Of a stretch of 64,000 nucleotides of DNA, positions 45,528-53,821 are shown piece after piece (positions within the stretch are counted from its first letter, which is position 1; each line of letters begins with the position of its first letter). Source of the stretch: Xanthobacteraceae bacterium (lineage in GTDB: Bacteria > Pseudomonadota > Alphaproteobacteria > Rhizobiales > Xanthobacteraceae); contig JALHMF010000004.1 in the NCBI GenBank assembly GCA_022844205.1, positions 52,979-116,978 of the forward strand. The letters run 5' to 3'. A program made the translations under genes and the position numbers. Below the pieces are notes generated by a model, which was not told the DNA's origin, did not search any database, and saw only the letters and a list, made by a program, of their open reading frames with translations.

Positions 45528-45857
45528 TCAGCTCACCTTGATCGAGTCTTCGCCGACGATCTTGGAACCGTCGTCGTCAATCCAGGTCAGCACCACGGGG
45601 CCCGATTCCTCGGCCTTGAACTTGAACTGGATGTACGGGTTCGCGGAGACGGCCGGCTCGAAATCCGCCGAAAAGACTTCCTTGCCGTTCACCGTGCAAG
45701 TGAACTTGTTCAGGATCTTGCGGGGGATCACCTTGCCTTCGCGGTCCTTGCGCTGACCCGTTTCCATGATGTGCGAAACGAGCGCCTTCACTTCAATGAT
45801 GTCGCCCTTCTTGGCTTCTTTCTTGTCGAGCTTGATGCGCGGTTTAGCTTCGGCCAT
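45528..45857 (-). CDS. soxZ: sulfur-compound chelating protein SoxZ
   Basis: 109 aa. KKGDIIEVKALVSHIMETGQRKD and FEPAVSANPYIQFKF are typical SoxZ blocks. Confidence 0.9.
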   Translation of the reverse strand: MAEAKPRIKLDKKEAKKGDIIEVKALVSHIMETGQRKDREGKVIPRKILNKFTCTVNGKEVFSADFEPAVSANPYIQFKFKAEESGPVVLTWIDDDGSKIVGEDSIKVS

Positions 45858-45890
45858 CGAAATCTCCTCAATCCTGTTATGCGCTGCGCG

Positions 45891-46349
45891 TCAGCCGCCG
45901 CAGCCGCCGATCGTGACCTTCACTTCCTTGGTCGTGGAGAAGAACGAGCCGTCGTTCATCTTCGCGATGGCCGTGACGTTCTGGGTGCTGGCAAGCCGGA
46001 TGCGGGTGTTGGCTTCCGCGATGCCGGTGCTGGGACCGAAGTGGAACGTCGCGACACCCGAACGCGGGTTGCCGTCGGCGACGATCAGCACTTCCTGCAC
46101 GTAATTTTGCGCGGTCATCGGGCTTTCGACCGAGACGGTCATCGGCACCGTATTGCCGTTTTCCGCGATCTCCGGCACGTCGAGCTTCACGCGGCCCATG
46201 GTCGGGGCCTTACCGCCCGTGAACTTGCCGATCACTTCGTTGATATCGTTCTTCCCCTGGGCGGACGCGAAGTCCACACCCACCAAGCCGGTCAGCGCGC
46301 ATCCGGCGCCAAGGACCAGCACCTGCCGGCGGTCGAAATTGAGCTTCAT
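45891..46349 (-). CDS. soxY: sulfur carrier protein SoxY
   Basis: 152 aa with Tat signal DRRQVLVLGAG and the diagnostic C-terminal swinging-arm motif VKVTIGGCGG. Confidence 0.95.
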   Translation of the reverse strand: MKLNFDRRQVLVLGAGCALTGLVGVDFASAQGKNDINEVIGKFTGGKAPTMGRVKLDVPEIAENGNTVPMTVSVESPMTAQNYVQEVLIVADGNPRSGVATFHFGPSTGIAEANTRIRLASTQNVTAIAKMNDGSFFSTTKEVKVTIGGCGG

Positions 46350-46696
46350 CGAAAACCTCCTGCGCCCAGACTGCGGTCGCTACCCCAATATAGGGATTGT
46401 AAACCGCTCTCTCAATCAAATCGAGGTGACAGTCAAACGCAAGCCCGTTGCGGCGAGAAGGGGCTCACCACGCTTGCCTTGCGGACGTTTCCTCGCGCCT
46501 GCGTAACCCGCAGGACATATTCATTTATCAATAAGTGTGTAATCGAACCGATCCGGTCGCGCAACAGGATTCGCTTCCTTGCATGTGTTCAGCATCTTCC
46601 CATCCCCGCCGATGGATGTATTGTCTGACGGCTTTGGTTGAAGGACGATACGTGCGAAACAACCGCCGATCGTTGGATTTATTGGGGGAGGCTGGC

Positions 46697-47524
46697 GTGC
46701 AGGCCCTATTTTCTATGTTGATCGTTGCTGCGTGCGCGATGTTTGCAACTGCGAACACGGTGTCCGCGCAGGATGCCGAGACCGAAAAGGCAATCGAGAA
46801 ATACCGGGCGATGCTGCGGGAAGACCCGTGGAGCAATCCCGGCCTGCTGGATGCCGATCGCGGCGAGGCGCTGTGGAAGACCGCGCGCGGGCCGAGCAAG
46901 GCCAGCCTCGAAAAATGCGACCTCGGCAAGGGTCCCGGCATCGTCGATGGCGCCTTCGCGGAACTGCCGCGTTATTTCGATGACGCCAAGCAGGTGATGG
47001 ACGTCGAGGCGCGCCTGCTCTGGTGCATGGAGAAATTGCAGGGCTTCACGCGCGCGGACGTGGTGAAACGCATTCATCCGGGTGGCGGCGCGCCCGTGAA
47101 GGAACTGGGTGCCATCGCCACTTGGATTGCGAATAAGTCCTCCGGCATGAAATTCGCGGCCAAATTCGACAAGCCGCAGGAAAAAGAGGTCGTCGCCGTC
47201 GGCGACAATCTCTTCCATCGCCGTTCCGGCCCGTTCGACTTCTCCTGCTCGACCTGTCACGCAGCGGAAGGCCTGCGCATCCGTTTGCAGGGGCTGCCGT
47301 TCCTGGAAAACAAGGAAGCAGCGAAAAAGGTCGTGGGCGAATGGCCGGCCTATCGCGTTTCCTCGACGCATGTGATGACCATGCAGCACCGCATGTACGA
47401 CTGCTACTGGCAAATGCGCATGCCCGAACTTGAAATGGGCTCCGATGTCAGCGTGGCGCTGATCGCTTACCTTACGAAAAATGCCGAGGGCGGCGAGATC
47501 AACGCCCCCGGTCTGAAGCGCTGA
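46697..47524 (+). CDS. soxA: L-cysteine S-thiosulfotransferase subunit SoxA (monohaem type)
   Basis: 275 aa from GTG 46697, 6 nt after GGGGGAG. The track ORF from 46535 is probably over-extended. It has a single haem site CSTCH and the Cys-ligand block MYDCYWQMR. Confidence 0.85.
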   Translation: MQALFSMLIVAACAMFATANTVSAQDAETEKAIEKYRAMLREDPWSNPGLLDADRGEALWKTARGPSKASLEKCDLGKGPGIVDGAFAELPRYFDDAKQVMDVEARLLWCMEKLQGFTRADVVKRIHPGGGAPVKELGAIATWIANKSSGMKFAAKFDKPQEKEVVAVGDNLFHRRSGPFDFSCSTCHAAEGLRIRLQGLPFLENKEAAKKVVGEWPAYRVSSTHVMTMQHRMYDCYWQMRMPELEMGSDVSVALIAYLTKNAEGGEINAPGLKR

Positions 47525-47535
47525 GGAGAACGGAC

Positions 47536-48156
47536 ATGAAAAAAACGACGCTCCTCATCGCGGCCTTCGTCGTCGGCATCACTTCGGCCGCCTGGTCCCA
47601 GCAGAAGCCCGCGGTCGATCCGGCTAAGGTCGATGCGATGGTCAAGAAAGCGTTCCCCGGTGCCCCGGAAGACTGGGCACCGCGCCTGTCACAGGACGAA
47701 ACCATGAAAGTCTGCTCCGCGACAGGCAACAGCCCGCCGAAAGCGCAGGCTGACGCCATCATGAAGCGTGAGCGCGCCTCGATCGAATATCCGGCGGATG
47801 GAAAATTCGTCGGCGACTGGAAGAAGGGTGAGGCATTGGCGCAAAACGGCTACGGCATGCGCTTCACGGACTATCCCCCGGCCCGGGCCACCGGCGGCAA
47901 CTGCTACGCGTGCCACCAGATCAGCGCCAAGGAACTGAGCTACGGCACGCTCGGCCCGAGCCTCCAGCAATACGGTAAGCTGCGGGATTTCAAGGAAGCG
48001 GAAGCGAAAATCCTCTACGAGAAAATCTACAATTCGCACGCGACCATTCCGTGCTCGAACATGCCGCGCTTCGGGTCCAACAAGATTCTGACCATCGACC
48101 AGATCAAGGATGCGGTGGCGCTGCTGATGGATCCGGAAAGCCCGATCAATAAATAA
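47536..48156 (+). CDS. soxX: L-cysteine S-thiosulfotransferase subunit SoxX (long form)
   Basis: 206 aa with a signal peptide, haem site CYACH and the C-terminal MPRFG block typical of SoxX. Confidence 0.85.
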   Translation: MKKTTLLIAAFVVGITSAAWSQQKPAVDPAKVDAMVKKAFPGAPEDWAPRLSQDETMKVCSATGNSPPKAQADAIMKRERASIEYPADGKFVGDWKKGEALAQNGYGMRFTDYPPARATGGNCYACHQISAKELSYGTLGPSLQQYGKLRDFKEAEAKILYEKIYNSHATIPCSNMPRFGSNKILTIDQIKDAVALLMDPESPINK

Positions 48157-48244
48157 ACGGCTACGAGCGATCAGCACCGGTTGAATGTGAACTCGCCGCT
48201 TTTTGTTTCTGCTATACTGTCTGTCCGCAAACAGGAGCACAGCC

Positions 48245-48760
48245 ATGGGCCTGACCAGCAGACGAAATTTTCTCGGCACGCTCGCGCTGACCGGCGCCGC
48301 AATCGGGGTCAGCGGCGCGTCCGCCAATCCGGGGAAACTCAATATTTCCACCGTGAAAAAAGACACCGATGTCGCCTGCCTTTATCACTGCGACTTCGGC
48401 GACCCGCAGCGCTTCGGACAGTTGCTGACCAACATCAGCAATCATCTGTCCGTTTACGAGTTCGATCCGTTCAAGGTAAAAATCGTGATCGTCGCGCATG
48501 GCGCGGGGATCAAATTCTTTCTGAACGATCTCGCCGACACGCCGTGGGAAAAAGACGGCGTTCAGGATGATCTCTACAAGCGCTTCGTCGGCCTCACCAA
48601 GTTCGGCGTGGAAGCCTATCTCTGCGAGATCACCTATTCGCGGAACAAGATCGAGCTTGCGAAGACGCGTGCGGATGCGTTCCTCAAATTCGTGCCGTCT
48701 GGCGTCGCCACCGTGGCCGAGTTGCAGGGCAAGGGCTACGCGTATTTGAAGGTGGGTTGA
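48245..48760 (+). CDS. Tat-signal-bearing DsrE/DsrF-like family protein
   Basis: 171 aa from ATG 48245 (MGLTSRRNFLGTLALTGAAIGVSGASA), preceded by AGGAG. It has a DsrE-like Rossmann core (KIVIVAHGAGIKFF) and cysteines in LYHCDFGD and AYLCEITY. Confidence 0.65.
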   Translation: MGLTSRRNFLGTLALTGAAIGVSGASANPGKLNISTVKKDTDVACLYHCDFGDPQRFGQLLTNISNHLSVYEFDPFKVKIVIVAHGAGIKFFLNDLADTPWEKDGVQDDLYKRFVGLTKFGVEAYLCEITYSRNKIELAKTRADAFLKFVPSGVATVAELQGKGYAYLKVG

Positions 48761-48780
48761 TTTCGCAGGAGTATAACTCC

Positions 48781-48876
48781 GCCTCATCCTGAGGAGCCGC
48801 GCTTCAGCGCGGCGTCTCGAAGGATGCAGGCGGCCCATGCTTCGAGACGCGCCTGCGGCGCTCCTCAGCATGAGGC
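48781..48876. repeat. REP/MITE-like nested imperfect palindrome
   Basis: The outer arms are gcctcatcctgaggagccgcgc (48781-48802) and gcggcgctcctcagcatgaggc (48855-48876). The inner arms are gcgtctcgaaggatg and catgcttcgagacgc. It fills the convergent gap between the dsrE-like gene and soxW. The sequence type is familiar from Bradyrhizobiaceae intergenic repeats, which I recall rather than have verified. Confidence 0.7.
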
Positions 48877-49464
48877 CTAGCTATTCGCCTTCAAATATTC
48901 CGGCAGCGTCGTCTTCTCGTAGCCGCGCTCCGCCACAAAACGGAACATGCCGAGGAATTGCGCCGGCTTGAGATATCCCTGCCAGCGCGTCACTTCGCGG
49001 TCGGCTGGTTTCTTTGCGCGCAGTCCGTCGGCACGCTCGGGGAAGAACAGGAAGGTCGGCGTGTAACGTACGCCGTATTTCTGCGCGAGCTGTTTCTCCG
49101 AAAGTTTCTCGCCGTCGAAATCCGTCACCTCGCGCGAACCGATGATGTTCAGTTGCAGCACGTCGAAGCGCTCGCGCACATAGTGCTCGATTTCCGGCTG
49201 CGCGAAATTCACGAGATGCATATCCTTGCAGTAGGGGCATCCGCGCAACTCGAACAGCACCGCAAGGCGCTTGCGGTTTCCGCTGGCCGCGGTGAGGTCG
49301 TCTTCCAGTTCGAGGAGGCTATCGAGGAACCAGTCCTGCCGGTAGATTCCGTCCTCGGTCAGCAACGCTTTTGCCCCCGCCCCTTGAAGCGAAGGCAGGG
49401 CGGCGCTCACGGCGAGCGAAGCAAGGAGCGTGCGTCTGGAAATCATGGGCTTCCTGATATTCAA
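48877..49464 (-). CDS. soxW: periplasmic thioredoxin SoxW
   Basis: 195 aa with Tat-like signal SRRTLLASLAVSAALP, a thioredoxin fold and the redox motif CPYC. Confidence 0.75.
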   Translation of the reverse strand: MNIRKPMISRRTLLASLAVSAALPSLQGAGAKALLTEDGIYRQDWFLDSLLELEDDLTAASGNRKRLAVLFELRGCPYCKDMHLVNFAQPEIEHYVRERFDVLQLNIIGSREVTDFDGEKLSEKQLAQKYGVRYTPTFLFFPERADGLRAKKPADREVTRWQGYLKPAQFLGMFRFVAERGYEKTTLPEYLKANS

Positions 49465-49539
49465 TTATTCGCAAGTGTAATCGCGAACCGTGCCTATATA
49501 AAGCCGGTCGGTCCGCCACGCCGCATCAGGAAAAGTTGA

Positions 49540-49890
49540 ATGCTAACGATACGCACGGTTTTCGCCGCCTTCTTCCTGCTCGCCTTCGTGCCGGTGCAGG
49601 CCGCGGAGCTGCTGATGTTCCGGCAGGCGGGTTGCCCCTGGTGCGCGACATGGGACCGGACGATTGCGCCGATTTATCCGAAGACGGAGATCGGCAAGAA
49701 ATTCACATTGCGGCATGTGGATTTGTATGGAAGCCGAAAGGACTGGCCGCAGTTGAAGGTGCCCGTTCGCTTCACGCCTACCTTCGTCCTCGTGGATCAA
49801 GGCAGGGAAATCGGCCGCATTGAAGGATACGCCGGTGAACACTTCTTTTGGGGCCAATTGGAGCGGCTTGCGGAGCAGGCGGGAAAATAA
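49540..49890 (+). CDS. soxS: small periplasmic thioredoxin-like protein (SoxS-like)
   Basis: 116 aa with a signal peptide (FFLLAFVPVQA), redox motif CPWC and the TPTFVL cis-Pro-region block. Confidence 0.6.
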   Translation: MLTIRTVFAAFFLLAFVPVQAAELLMFRQAGCPWCATWDRTIAPIYPKTEIGKKFTLRHVDLYGSRKDWPQLKVPVRFTPTFVLVDQGREIGRIEGYAGEHFFWGQLERLAEQAGK

Positions 49891-50016
49891 CACATATATA
49901 AACAGTAAAATATGAATGCTTCCAGTGTAAATTTGTATTTTATAGCTTGTGCCGGATATGAATTGTAATTAAATATAGGGACGCAATTCCCGTTTGGGGA
50001 ATTTTAGGGCGGTCCC

Positions 50017-50370
50017 ATGAAGTCTTCCGTCGTCGCTCTCCGTAAGCCGAAGAAGGCCGATCTCGATATCGACGTGCTGATGGAGAACGCGCGCGACGCC
50101 GCCGAATTCCTGAAGGCGCTTTCGCATGAGGCGCGCCTCGTTATTCTCTGCATGCTGGCGGAAGGCGAGAAATCGGTTTCCGAGATCGAGGAAATTCTCG
50201 ATCTGCGGCAGCCCGCCGTCTCCCAGCAGCTTGCGCGCCTGCGAGCCGACAATCTCGTCGACACGCGCCGCGACGGGAAAAACATCTACTACTCGCTCTC
50301 GCGTCCCGAGGTCCGCAAGGTCATCGGCGCGCTTTACGAATCCTTCTGCAACGCTCAACGCAAAAAGTAA
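50017..50370 (+). CDS. soxR: ArsR/SmtB-family transcriptional regulator (SoxR-like)
   Basis: 117 aa with the winged HTH LKALSHEARLVILCMLAEGEKSVSEIEEILDLRQPAVSQQLARLR, located in the sox locus. Confidence 0.75.
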   Translation: MKSSVVALRKPKKADLDIDVLMENARDAAEFLKALSHEARLVILCMLAEGEKSVSEIEEILDLRQPAVSQQLARLRADNLVDTRRDGKNIYYSLSRPEVRKVIGALYESFCNAQRKK

Positions 50371-50413
50371 GGGTGGCAGGCGGACGGCGAGAGCCGCACG
50401 CCGGGAGTTCAAC

Positions 50414-51547
50414 ATGATCGATTTCAACGAACCGTACATTCTTCGACTGGCACTGGGCTTCGGCCTTGGCATCGCGCTCGGTTACGTCGTGCGCGCCGGC
50501 CGTTTCTGCACCTTCGGCGCGATCGAGGATGCGACCTATCAGGGCGACACGCGCCGCCTGCGTTCATGGGTCGTCGCGGTAGCCGTCGCCATCGCGGGCG
50601 TGCATGCGCTCGAACTCTGGGGCGGTCTCGATCTCACGCGTTCGATCTACACCGGTTCGCGCCTTGAATGGGGCGGCGCCATCATCGGCGGCCTCATTTT
50701 TGGCTTCGGCATGGCGCTCGTCGGCACTTGCGGCCTCGGTACGCTTCGCCGCATCGGTGGCGGCGATCTGCGGGCGCTTATCGTATTCTTCGTCATCGCG
50801 ATCAGCGCGATGATGACGCTGCGCGGCCTGTTCGGAAACGTCCGCATCAATCTCACAAGCGTGCTCGGGACCGATCTCGGCAAGTCGCAGCGCATTACCG
50901 AACTCTTCGGTGTCACCGGCACGTCGGCGGCACTAGCGGCTGCGATTATCGCTCTGCTGCTGATCTTGCTTGCGTTCAATCACAAGGGTTTCCGCGCTTC
51001 TCCGCGCTATGCGCTGACCGGTGCGGCCGTCGGCGCGCTGGTCGTGGCCGGCTGGTGGGCGACGGGGATTTTCGGCTTCGATTCTTTCGAGGATCGCCGG
51101 ATTGAATCCTTCACCTTCGTCGCACCGCTCGCCGACACCGTGCTCTACGCGATGATCTCGTCGGGCCTGAAGCCCGATTTCGCGATCGGCGCCGTCCTCG
51201 GCGTCGTGTTCGGCTCGTTCCTTGCGGCCATTGCCGCGGGCCAGTTCAAGATCATCGGCGCGCGCGATACCGCCCATCTTGGCCGCGGCATCGTCGGCGG
51301 CGTGATGATGGGCTTCGGCGGCGTCACGGCACTCGGCTGCACCATCGGGCAGGGCGTCACGGGTGTGTCCACGCTGTCGCTGACCTCGTTCATCGCCATC
51401 GCCTCGATCCTCGGCGGGGCGCGGCTCGGCCTCTATTATCTGGTGGATCGCAAGCGCGCGGTTGCGTCGAAGCCGCTCGTGACGCCGAAAGAGGTGGCGC
51501 TCCAGACCGCTTCCGTTCAGCCAGACCGTGTGAGCTGCGTGGACTGA
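50414..51547 (+). CDS. soxT: YeeE/YedE-family sulfur-compound (thiosulfate) transporter-like membrane protein (SoxT-like)
   Basis: 377 aa from ATG 50414, polytopic. It has the repeated Cys-containing motifs GRFCTFGA, VGTCGLG and ALGCTIGQG typical of YeeE/YedE. The 473-aa track ORF is an over-extension across soxR. Confidence 0.75.
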   Translation: MIDFNEPYILRLALGFGLGIALGYVVRAGRFCTFGAIEDATYQGDTRRLRSWVVAVAVAIAGVHALELWGGLDLTRSIYTGSRLEWGGAIIGGLIFGFGMALVGTCGLGTLRRIGGGDLRALIVFFVIAISAMMTLRGLFGNVRINLTSVLGTDLGKSQRITELFGVTGTSAALAAAIIALLLILLAFNHKGFRASPRYALTGAAVGALVVAGWWATGIFGFDSFEDRRIESFTFVAPLADTVLYAMISSGLKPDFAIGAVLGVVFGSFLAAIAAGQFKIIGARDTAHLGRGIVGGVMMGFGGVTALGCTIGQGVTGVSTLSLTSFIAIASILGGARLGLYYLVDRKRAVASKPLVTPKEVALQTASVQPDRVSCVD

Positions 51548-51585
51548 AGTTTGTCTTCCGCTCAATCGTGGATCACGATCCCGGC

Positions 51586-52026
51586 TCAGCCGTTCCGGCT
51601 GGCCGGGACGACGTTTTTCGGCACGACGGCATTCGCCTCGATCTCGACCAATGCCTCATCTTCCACCAGCGCCACCACCTGCACCATGGTCATTGCGGGA
51701 AAATGTTTCCCCAGCACCGCGCGATAGGCCTCGCCGATTTCGCTCAGGCGCGCGAGATATTCCTGCTTGTCGGTCACGTACCAGGTGAGCCGCGTGATGT
51801 GCTCCGGCTTACCGCCGGCCTCCGCGATAACAGCCACGACATTCTCCAGCGCCTGTCTTGTTTGTTTGACGAAATCGCGGCTCTCGAATCGCTGATCCGC
51901 GTTCCAGCCGATTTGTCCCGCGACGAAAACCTGACGCCCTTCGGCGGCGACGCCGTTGGCGTAGCCTTTCGCCGCTTTCCATTTTTTCGGATGAAGGATT
52001 TCATGCGCTGTTTTCTTAACGTTCAT
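51586..52026 (-). CDS. RidA/YjgF-family reactive-intermediate deaminase
   Basis: 146 aa from ATG 52026. GYANGVAAEGRQVFVAGQIG and the C-terminal LVEIEANAVV are RidA-family blocks. Confidence 0.8.
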   Translation of the reverse strand: MNVKKTAHEILHPKKWKAAKGYANGVAAEGRQVFVAGQIGWNADQRFESRDFVKQTRQALENVVAVIAEAGGKPEHITRLTWYVTDKQEYLARLSEIGEAYRAVLGKHFPAMTMVQVVALVEDEALVEIEANAVVPKNVVPASRNG

Positions 52027-52052
52027 TCGACGGCCTCTTGAGATTGCAAAAT

Positions 52053-52160
52053 CCCTCCCCCTGCACGGGGGAGGGTTAGGGAGGGGGTCGGTAACGCAGA
52101 TGACCCCCACCCGGTTTGCTTCGCAAACCGACCTCCCCCTTTTAGGGGAAGGTGAAGAGA
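52053..52160. repeat. cluster of GC-rich hairpins (REP-like element)
   Basis: Four hairpins are present: ccctccccc-tgcac-gggggaggg (perfect 9 bp, 52053-52075); gggggtc...gaccccc (7 bp, 52084-52108); cggtttgc-ttc-gcaaaccg (8 bp, 52112-52130); and cctccccc-tttt-aggggaagg (imperfect). They fill the gap between the aryl-CoA ligase and ridA. Confidence 0.6.
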
Positions 52161-52185
52161 AGCGCGCGCGGAGATGTGCATCGTT

Positions 52186-53820
52186 TTACTTTCCACCCTG
52201 CCGCAGCCGGAAGCGCTGGATCTTGCCGGTCTGGGTCTTTGGCAATGCATCGGTGAACTTCACCGAGCGCGGATATTTGTAGGGCGCGATCGTCGCTTTC
52301 ACATGGTCCTGAATGCGTTTCGTGGTAGCGGCGTCGCCAATCACGCCTTCGACAAGCACGACATGCGCCTGCACGATCTGCCCGCGCTCCTCGTCGGCAA
52401 TGCCGATGACGGCGCATTCTTTTACGTCCGCATGGGCGAGGAGAGCGGCTTCCACTTCCGGCCCGGCGATGTTGTAGCCCGATGAAATGATCATGTCGTC
52501 GGAGCGCGCGGCGAAATGGAAATAGCCACCCTTGTCATGGATGAAGGAATCGCCCGTGAGATTCCAGCCGTCCCGCACGTAATCGCGCTGGCGTTTGTCG
52601 GCGAGATAGCGGCATGCCGTCGGCCCGCGCACGGCGAGGCGGCCGACTTCTCCGCGCGGCAATTCCTTCATTTCGTCATCGACGATCTTTGCTTCGTATC
52701 CGGTCACCGGCTTACCCGTGCAGGCCGCGAACGCATCGCCAAAACGATTGGTGATGAAGATGTGCAGAAGTTCGGTGGAGCCGATGCCGTCCAAAATCGG
52801 TTTGCCCGTCTTCTTGGTCCAGTCATCGAACACGGGTGCCGGCAGCGTCTCGCCGGCGGAGACCGCCGCGCGCAGCGATGAAAGATCCGCACCTTGCTCC
52901 ATCGCCTGCAACATCACACGATACGCCGTGGGGGCGGTGAAGGAGATCGTCGCTTTATACGTCTGGATGATCTCGATCATGTTGGCGGGCGATGCGTTTT
53001 CCAGGAGCGTCGCCGTTGCACCGAAGCGCAATGGAAAGATTGCGAGACCGCCGAGACCAAACGTAAAAGCGAGCGGCGGCGAGCCGACGAAAATATCCTC
53101 CGGCTTAACCTTTAAAATTTCCTTCGCGTAGCCGTCCGCGACGATCAGGAGATCGCGGTGGAAGTGCATCGTAGCCTTCGGCTCGCCCGTTGTGCCCGAA
53201 GTAAAGGCGAGCAAGGCCACGTCGTCGCGTCCCGTCTTCGCCGCCTCGAAGCGCACGTCCTTCGAGAGCGCGATGCGGTCCAGTTCGGCGTCGTGATTGG
53301 CGGTGCCGTCAAAGCCGATCACTTTTTTGAGAAACTTTGAATCCTTCGCACAGGCGATGAGTTCGTCCATCAGCCGCGTGTCGCAGAGCGCCAGCGCGAT
53401 CTCCGCCTTGTCAACGATTTTTGTCAGCTCGACCGCGCGCAGCATCGGCATCGTGTTGACGACCACCGCCCCCGCCTTGGTGGCACCGAGCCAGCAGGCC
53501 ACCATCGCCGGATTGTTGGCGGAGCGGATCAGCACGCGGTTACCAGGCTTCACGCCGTAGTCCTCGGCGAGCGCGTGCGCGATGCGGTTGGTCCAGTCGG
53601 AAAGCTCTTTATAGGTGCGCCGGCGTCCATTGCCGATCAGCGCCGTGTGGTCGCCGAAGCCCCGCGCGACCAGCCTGTCGGTCAGTTCCACGCCCGCGTT
53701 CAGGAATTCAGGGTAGTCGAATCCCTTCAGCAAAATCTCCGGCCATTGATCGAATGGCGGAAGATTGTCGCGGGTGAATGGGTCGGTGTGTCCGCTCGGC
53801 CCAAGTTTGGTGACAAGCAT
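52186..53820 (-). CDS. aryl-CoA ligase of the benzoate/2-aminobenzoate-CoA ligase family (AMP-forming)
   Basis: 544 aa from ATG 53820. The N-terminus DPFTRDNLPPFDQWPEIL is typical of this subfamily. AMP-binding motifs FTSGTTGEPK, GYNI and a C-terminal KTQTGKIQRF block are present. Confidence 0.85.
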   Translation of the reverse strand: MLVTKLGPSGHTDPFTRDNLPPFDQWPEILLKGFDYPEFLNAGVELTDRLVARGFGDHTALIGNGRRRTYKELSDWTNRIAHALAEDYGVKPGNRVLIRSANNPAMVACWLGATKAGAVVVNTMPMLRAVELTKIVDKAEIALALCDTRLMDELIACAKDSKFLKKVIGFDGTANHDAELDRIALSKDVRFEAAKTGRDDVALLAFTSGTTGEPKATMHFHRDLLIVADGYAKEILKVKPEDIFVGSPPLAFTFGLGGLAIFPLRFGATATLLENASPANMIEIIQTYKATISFTAPTAYRVMLQAMEQGADLSSLRAAVSAGETLPAPVFDDWTKKTGKPILDGIGSTELLHIFITNRFGDAFAACTGKPVTGYEAKIVDDEMKELPRGEVGRLAVRGPTACRYLADKRQRDYVRDGWNLTGDSFIHDKGGYFHFAARSDDMIISSGYNIAGPEVEAALLAHADVKECAVIGIADEERGQIVQAHVVLVEGVIGDAATTKRIQDHVKATIAPYKYPRSVKFTDALPKTQTGKIQRFRLRQGGK

Positions 53821-53821
53821 C

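Noticed and set aside
45399-46628. 409-aa ORF on the plus strand spanning the soxZ/soxY region
   Set aside because: It is antisense to soxZ and soxY, whose diagnostic motifs (GGCGG tail, SoxZ blocks) are clear.
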